Positions 57,935 to 64,000 of a DNA stretch of 64,000 nucleotides are shown piece by piece. A program made the position numbers and the translations under genes. Source of the stretch: an uncultured Actinomycetota bacterium (lineage in GTDB: Bacteria; Actinomycetota; Actinomycetes; Actinomycetales; Microbacteriaceae); NCBI GenBank assembly GCA_963846615.1, contig CAWJWQ010000011.1, positions 173,140 through 237,139 of the forward strand. The letters run 5' to 3'. Under the pieces are notes generated by a model. It did no database searches. It was given only the letters and a program-made list of their open reading frames with translations, and was not told the origin of the DNA. How positions within the stretch are numbered: position 1 is the first letter of the stretch; the number at the start of each line of letters is the position of its first letter.

Positions 57935-59884
57935 TCAGGGCGTCGGCGTGGGCGTCGGCGCAGGCTCGGCGCCACCTGCGGAAGCGACGATGCTTCCCGT
58001 GATCAGCTCCCCCGACGACCGGGTCACGAAGCAGAAGTAGTCGCGTCCGCCCTCGCCCCACACCTGCTCGGTCGGGTAGCTCGCCTGCGACGACCGCGTC
58101 GGTGATCTTGCCCACGACCGCCGGGTCGAAGATGCCCGGGCCGCGGCAGAACGCGAGCGACCTGCGTCTGCAGCACCTCCTCGCCCGGATAGAGGTCGAC
58201 GCCCGGTGCCGGTCTCGGGGATCACACCACGGACGCACCATCTGCGCGGGGTGCGGGACGGCGCAGTCGACGACGGTGTAGGCCGTCCTGCCACGGGCTC
58301 TGGTACGGATCGAGGCACTCGCCGCCGAGCAGCTCGTCCCAGCGCGTACTCGCCGGGTGCGACCGGACCGAGCGGGATCGTGGGCGATGCCGACGGACTC
58401 GGCGTGCCGCTCGGGCCGGCGACGGTAGGTGACGGGCCGAGGAGGTCGGGCAGCCGCATCCCGACGAAGAAGAGCGCGACGAGCGCGAGGATCGCCAGAG
58501 CACCGCCCGAGGACGATCAGCAGGACGCGCTGCAGCCGCGAGATCGCCGGAGGCGGGCCTGGCGGAACGATCGGGCCGGCCGGATCGCCGGGACGGCGCC
58601 GCCGTTCGCGGCGGCCTCGGCCTGCCGCACGAACGGGTTCTGGCTCGGGTCGAGGCCCTCGGTGTACTCCCGGAACTGGCTCTCGCCGAACAGCGCATCG
58701 ATCGCCGAGACCTGCTCGTCGTCGCCGCCGAGGCCGAACGCGTCGGTCGTCGGCGCAGCGGGCTGCTCGCGGTCCGGTGCCCTGCGGGAACACCGACGTC
58801 GGCTGCGCCTGGGGGACCCGGGCGGGCGGATCGGGCTCCAGGTCGACGGCATCCATCATCTGCGTCGGTTCGGGCTCCCAGAACGGCGGGGCGTCGGCCG
58901 AATCGGGGGCGACGTCGGGCAGCACGGTGGTCTCGAACGGCATCGCGGATGCGGGAGGCTCGGCCTCGGCGCTCGGCCCGCCCTCGAACGCGGGATCGAG
59001 TGGCGCCGGCTCGTGTGCGACGGGACGGTAGAACGGGGCGGGTGGCGCGACGGGCGCGGGGGGCGTGGGCGCGGCTGCGGGGGGCTGGGCCGGAGGCTGG
59101 GCGGCGGAGGCTGGGCGGCGGGCGCGGGGGCCGGAGGCTGCGCGGGCGGGACGCCGGCGCGCGGCGGGAGGCGGGCGCCGGCGGAGCGACCGGTGCGCGG
59201 GTGACGGCGGGGCGCGGCGGAGTGGCGGCGCGGGGTGACCGGCGGCGGCCGCGGGCTGACGGGTGCGCCCGGGGTCAATCCCCAGGAGAAGCCGCCTGGC
59301 TCGGCAGGCGGCGGGGCGCAGGCGCGGCAGGCGGCGCAGCCGGGGGAGCCGTGGGCTGGGGCGGGTCGCTGGTGCGGCGGGCGGGAACGCGGGCTGCGCA
59401 GGCTGCGCCGGTGGCAGCGCGTTGACCCGGATCGAGCGGCGGGAACGGCGACGCAGGCGGCTGCGCGGATGGCAGGGGGCGCGGCTGCGGCGGAGCGGGA
59501 ATGCGGGCGCGGCGGCTGCGCCGGCGGCGCGACCGGCTGCGCGGCGGGCGCGACCGGCCGCTGCGGTGCCGCGGCGCCGGCGGCATCTGCGGTGGGAGCG
59601 GCGCCGCGGGCGGCTGCGGCTGGAGCGGGCGGCTGCGGCTGCAGCGGCGGCTGCGGCTGGAGCGGCGGCTGCGGCCGGAGCGGGCGGCTGTGCGGCCTGC
59701 GCGGGCGCAGCCGGCGGCGCAGCGGGCGCAGCGGCGCAGCGGGCGCCGCGGGCGCAGCCGGCTGAGCAGGCGCCGCCGGCTGCTCCGGCACCGCCTCCTG
59801 CTTCGGCAGCTCGCCGGTCGGGTCGAACTGCGAGGCGAGCCAGTCGGCCGCCTCCTGCTCGTCGTCCTGATCGCGATCGGTCAT
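57935..59884 (-). CDS. Septum-formation-domain-like protein with a very long Pro/Ala-rich repetitive N-terminal half. Frame breaks; the frame through the repeat is uncertain.
   Basis: Text reads MTDRDQDDEQEAADWLASQFDPTGELPKQEAVPEQPAAPAQPAAPAAPAA, TM LAILALVALFFVG, YTVVDCAVPHPAQMV and YPTEQVWGEGGRDYFCFVTRSSGELITGSIV. Confidence 0.6.
58950..59800. repeat. Degenerate GC-rich tandem repeats (GGCTGCGGC / GCGGCGG type units) encoding the Pro/Ala-rich region
   Basis: One example at about 59620-59690 reads ggctgcggctggagcgggcggctgcggctgcagcggcggctgcggctggagcggcggctgcggccggagcggg. Every reading frame in this stretch is open. Confidence 0.7.
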
Positions 59885-60437
59885 TGCGGCTCGAGTCCCA
59901 GGTCGGACAGGTCGATCGCGGCGAGGTACCGGTATCCCGCCGCCTCGATGACCTCGCGGGCTCCGGTCGCGCGGTCGACGACGACCGCGACGGCGGCGAT
60001 CTCGGCACCGACCGCGAGCAGCGCCTCGATCGCCTTCAGCGGCGAGCCGCCGGTGGTCGAGGTGTCCTCGAGCACGATCACGCGCTTGCCCGCCAGGTCG
60101 GGCCCCTCGACCTGCTTGCCGCGCCCGTGGTCCTTCGGCTCCTTGCGCACGACGAACGCGTCGTACGCCAGTCCCGCGCGCGACGCCCTGGTGCAGCACG
60201 GCCGCCGCGACCGGGTCGGCGCCCATGGTGAGGCCGCCCGACCGCATCCACGTCGGGAACGTCCGCGATCAGGTCGACCATCACCTGGCCGATGAGCGGC
60301 GCGACGCGGTGGTCGAGGCTGACCTTGCGCAGGTCGATGTAGTAGGTGGCCTTCTTGCCGCTCGTCAGCGTGAAGTCCCCGTGGAAGACGGCTTCGCCCG
60401 AGATGAACTCGATGAGCTGCTGGCGTGCGTCCGTCAC
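59881..60437 (-). CDS. pyrE: Orotate phosphoribosyltransferase. Two frame breaks.
   Basis: Text reads MTDARQQLIEFISGEAVFHGDFTLTSGKKATYYIDLRKVSLDHRVAPLIGQVMVDLI and GKRVIVLEDTSTTGGSPLKAIEALLAVGAEIAAVAVVVDR. Confidence 0.92.
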
Positions 60438-60505
60438 CCGTCCACATTACGGCAGGCTCCATGTGAGCCGGGCCGCACATCGGAGGCGCCCGGTACTTTT
60501 GACGC

Positions 60506-61350
60506 ATGCGCATCGCCACGTACAACGTGAACTCCGTCCGCAGCCGGTCGGGCCGCATCCTGGACTGGATGGTGCGCGAAGACATCGACGTCGTCGCGAT
60601 GCAGGAGATCAAGTGCACCGAGGCGCAGTTCCCGTTCGACGCCTTCGAAGCGGCCGGCTACGAGGTGGTGCTGCACGGCCTCAGCCAGTGGAACGGCGTC
60701 GCCATCGCGAGTCGGCAGCCGATTCAGGATGTCCAGATCGGCTTCGACGGCATGCCCGGCTTCGCGAAGGGCCAGGAGGGCCCCGACCAGCCGATCGAGG
60801 CGCGAGCGATCGGCGCGACCGTCGGCGGCATCCGGATCTGGAGCCTCTACGTCCCCAACGGACGCGCCCTCGGCGATCCGCACCTCGACTACAAGCTCGA
60901 CTGGTTCGCCGCGCTCGCCGACGTCGACGAGCCGGTGGATGGCGGCCAACCCCGACCAGCCGATCGCCCTGACCGGCGACTTCAACGTCGCGCCCCTCGA
61001 CGTCGACAACGGCGACCCGACCGTCATCGAGGGCCTGACGACCCACGTGTCGCCCGAGGAGCGCGCGGCGTTCCACGAGCTCGAGCGCATCGGCCTCACC
61101 GACGTCGTGCGCCCGCTCGTGCCCGAGGGCCTGTTCACGTACTGGGACTACAAGCAGCTGCGCTTCCCGCGCAACGAGGGCATGCGCATCGACTTCATCC
61201 TCGGATCGCCGTCGTTCGCCGAGCAAGGTCGTTGCCGCGAAGATCCACCGCGAGGAGCGCAAGGGCGACGGGCCGAGCGACCACGTGCCGGTCACGGTCG
61301 ACCTGCAGGTCGACGAGGCGGATGACGACGACCGCCCGATGATCTTCTGA
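60506..61350 (+). CDS. xthA: Exodeoxyribonuclease III. Frame breaks.
   Basis: Text reads MRIATYNVNSVRSRSGRILDWMVREDIDVVAMQEIK, IALTGDFNVAPLDVD, FTYWDYKQLRFPRNEGMRIDFIL and PSDHVPVTVDL. Confidence 0.92.
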
Positions 61351-61372
61351 TCGCGGCGGCAGCGATCACCGG

Positions 61373-62302
61373 TCAGCCCGGCGCCAGGAGCGCAGCGATC
61401 GCGACGAGCGAGACGATCGAGAGCGCGGTCGTCACCAGCACCGTGTCGCGGGCGATGACGACTCCTCGCGCGTAGCGCTGGGCGAAGGTGAAGACGTTCT
61501 GCGCGGTCGGCAGCGCGGCCAGAACGACGACGGCGAACAGCGTCTGGCCGTCCAGTCCCCACACGAAGTGCGCGAGCAGCCAGGCGACCACCGGCATCGC
61601 GATCAGCTTCAGGACCGAGGCGAGGATGACGTCCTTCCGCTCCGGCCCCGGCGCGAGCGGCCGGCGACCGTGCAGCGACATCCCGAAGGCGATCAGGACG
61701 AGCGGGATGCCGGCCGCCCCGATGAGCTCGAACGGCGCCAGGACCGGGGCCGGCAACTCGATCCCGGTGACCGACACCACGAGGCCCAGCGCCGACGCGA
61801 TGATGAGCGGGTTGCGCACCGGCTGCAGCAGGATCCGCCCCAGAGACACCTTCCCCCTCGTGGTCGGCGTCGAGGATGGTCAGCGCGATCGGCGCGATGA
61901 CGACCACCTGCAGGAGGAGGACCGGCACGGCGACGGTCGCATCACCCAGCACGTAGAGCGAGACCGGCAGCCCGATGTTGTTCGCGTTGACGTAGCCGGA
62001 GCCGAGCGCTCCGATCGTCGTCTCGGGAACCGGCCGCCGCCACACGGCGAGCGCGACGACGGCGAACACCGCGAACTGGGTAGGCGGCCGCGATCGCCGA
62101 GATCGGCAGCAGCTCGGAGAACAGCCGTCCGGCGTCCGCCTCGGCCAGCACGGTGAACAGCAGCGCCGGCATGAGCACGAAGAACGCCAGCCTCGACAGC
62201 ACCGTGTTGGAGCCCTCGGCGAGCAGCCCGATCCGGGCGATGAGGTAGCCCGACGCCGATCACAGCGGCGATGATCGCGAATCCGATGAGCACGCCGCCC
62301 AT
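61373..62302 (-). CDS. AEC-family (auxin efflux carrier) transporter. Frame breaks.
   Basis: Text reads MGGVLIGFAIIAAVIGVG, LSRLAFFVLMPALLFTVLAEAD, GSGYVNANNIGLPVSLYVLGD and ILLQPVRNPLIIASALGLVVS...AALPTAQNVFTFAQRY. Confidence 0.8.
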
Positions 62303-62338
62303 GGCCACAGCGTAGGACGCGCGCGCTACCGTGGGCGC

Positions 62339-63153
62339 ATGCCGGTCCTCGAGGTCCCTGGAGCACGGCTCGCCTACGACGCCGCGCGGCGACCCGTCGC
62401 ATCCCGCCCTGCTCTTCGTGCACGCCGGGGTCGCGACGCGCGCCATGTGGGATCCGCAGTTCGACGATCTCGCCGCCGACCATTTCGTGGTCCGGTACGA
62501 CACCCGCGGGTACGGCGAGTCACCCGGCGAGGACGAGGAGTTCGCCGACCGGCACGACCTGATCGCGGTGCTCGACGCCGTCGGCGTGGAGCGGGCGACG
62601 CTGATCGGCGCCTCTCGCGGCGGCCGGATCGCCATCGACGTCCTGCTGGACGCGCCCGATCGCGTGACCGGCCTCGTGACGGTCGGGTCGACCCCGGGCG
62701 GACAGCACGACGGCGACGCCACCCCGCGCGAGCAGGAGATGATCGCGCAGATGGAGGCGGCGAGCGAGGCCGGCGACTACGAGGAAGCTGGTCCGCATCG
62801 AGGTGGCGTTCTGGGACCTCGGCCCCACCCGCGACGTCGGCGACGTCGACCCCGCGTTCCTCACCCGGGCGATCGAGCTGAACGTCGGTGCCGCGCACTG
62901 GGACTTCGCCGGACTCGACCAGCCGCTCGAGCCGGCCGCCATCTCGCGGCTCGGCGAGGTGACGGTGCCGACGCTGGTCGTCGTCGGCGACCACGACGAG
63001 ACCGACTCGCGCGCCGGATACGACCTGCTGGTGAACGGCATCGCCGGTGCGGAGGGCTTCCGGTTCGCCGACTCGGCGCACCTGCCGAGCGTCGAGCACC
63101 CCGAGCGGTTCACCGCGCGGCTGCGGGAGTTTCTGGCGAAGAACGGGCTGTAG
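62339..63153 (+). CDS. Alpha/beta-fold hydrolase. Two frame breaks.
   Basis: Text reads PALLFVHAGVATRAMWDPQFDDLAADHFVVRYDTRGYGES, ATLIGASRGGRIAIDV, PTLVVVGDHDE and SAHLPSVEHPERF. Confidence 0.85.
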
Positions 63154-63256
63154 CTGTAGAACCGTGCACGAATCGTGCATCCACGCAACTTTCTAGCGTA
63201 GGTCGCAAAGCAACGCGTCGTCCACGTCCGTAGGCTCGGAGGTGAAAGGAGGCGTC

Positions 63257-64000
63257 ATGACCACGCTCACGCAGGCCACCACATCCATCATCGGAGAACC
63301 GGAGGTCGTCGAGGACGCCTCCACCGCTGCAGCACTCATCGGCGACGGCGCGCCTGGCTCGACCTGAAGGCCGCCGTCATCGCCCTGCAGCCGCTGCAGA
63401 CGCAGGATGGCAGCATCCCGAAGAAGACCGACCACGCGGCAGCGAAGAAGCTCGTCGCGCGCATCACCGCCGGCATCCGTGCCCTGGCGCCCGCCTTCCC
63501 GCACGACGCCGCCTACCTCGAGGCGGCCGTCGCCGACTTCGAGCGCTGGGTCGCCGCCGGATTCGGGGTGCCCGACTTCTACGACTCCCTCGTCGCGTTC
63601 GCCCCGGCCGCCGATCGCGTCGACAAGAAGCGCCACCTGGTGATCTTCCCGATGTACACGCAGAACGGGTCGACCGACCGTCTCGTCGAGGCGCTCATCG
63701 TCGAGGTCATCTGGCCGGAGTTCATCGCCAAGGTCGAAGAGACGTACACGAACAAGCTGTTCCTGTCGCTGCGGCTCGTCGACTTCACGCCCGGCTACGA
63801 CACCAACTCGGCGGTGCTGTTCCCCGAGACGGTCGCGATGCGCGAGATCCCGGCCTTCACCTGGGGCGCGCTCTTCGAGGACCGCGAGGCCGCCCGTTTC
63901 CGCCGAGTGGTGCGCGAAGCCGCCCGGATCACGAAGCTCGAGCTGCTGCCGTCGCAGCAGGACCTGCTCGCCGATCAGGCGACCGCGGAGGAGACCTTCG
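63257..64000 (+). CDS. Conserved hypothetical protein running off the right edge (possibly a DUF6421-like family; recalled from memory and unverified). Frame break near 63360.
   Basis: ATG at 63257 follows AGGAGG. Text reads KKRHLVIFPMYTQNGSTDRLVEALIVEVIWPEFIAKVEETYTNKLFLSLRLVDFTPGYDTNSAVLFPETVAMREIPAFTWGALFEDREAARFRRVV. Confidence 0.5.

Noticed and set aside
58950-59800. Repeat-dense region considered as a CRISPR-like or satellite array
   Set aside because: The units are short, degenerate and contiguous, with no unique spacers. They translate to a Pro/Ala tract inside a coding gene, and no cas genes are present.

Overview
High-GC actinobacterial chromosomal segment. Its gene content resembles Microbacteriaceae, but that is inference only. 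I read about 65 protein-coding genes and found no rRNA, tRNA, CRISPR array, transposase or integrase.

Contents, left to right:
- An RND efflux permease that runs off the left edge.
- A MocR/YczE divergon, a TipAL-type MerR regulator, and a DUF4097-PadR operon.
- An APC permease followed by a crcB pair.
- A dispersed purine set (purM, purF, purD, purC, purS, purQ, purL, purA) interleaved with accessory genes.
- pyrE, xthA and assorted housekeeping genes.

The most interesting block is a roughly 18-20 kb Wzx/Wzy-type polysaccharide locus (about 33.0-53.1 kb). It encodes:
- a large LuxR-type regulator;
- a Wzz/BY-kinase-like protein;
- a flippase, a polymerase, one priming transferase, three GT4 enzymes, one GT2 enzyme and an acetyltransferase;
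- an embedded cassette of phosphopantetheinyl transferase, carrier protein, aminoacyl-tRNA-synthetase-like amino acid:carrier-protein ligase, and two paralogous alpha/beta-hydrolase modules.

I interpret this cassette as a candidate Dlt-like system that aminoacylates the glycopolymer.

Four non-coding sites in and beside this locus carry the same rare motif, GGGTTAA. It is usually present as exact 12-bp-phased tandem copies and always lies on the same strand.

Caveat: roughly two thirds of the genes, including essential ones, can only be followed by switching reading frame one or more times. Other genes up to 2.5 kb are clean. I treat these breaks as probable sequence or assembly indels, so most coordinates for broken genes are approximate. 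All family calls come from reading the translations, not from database searches.
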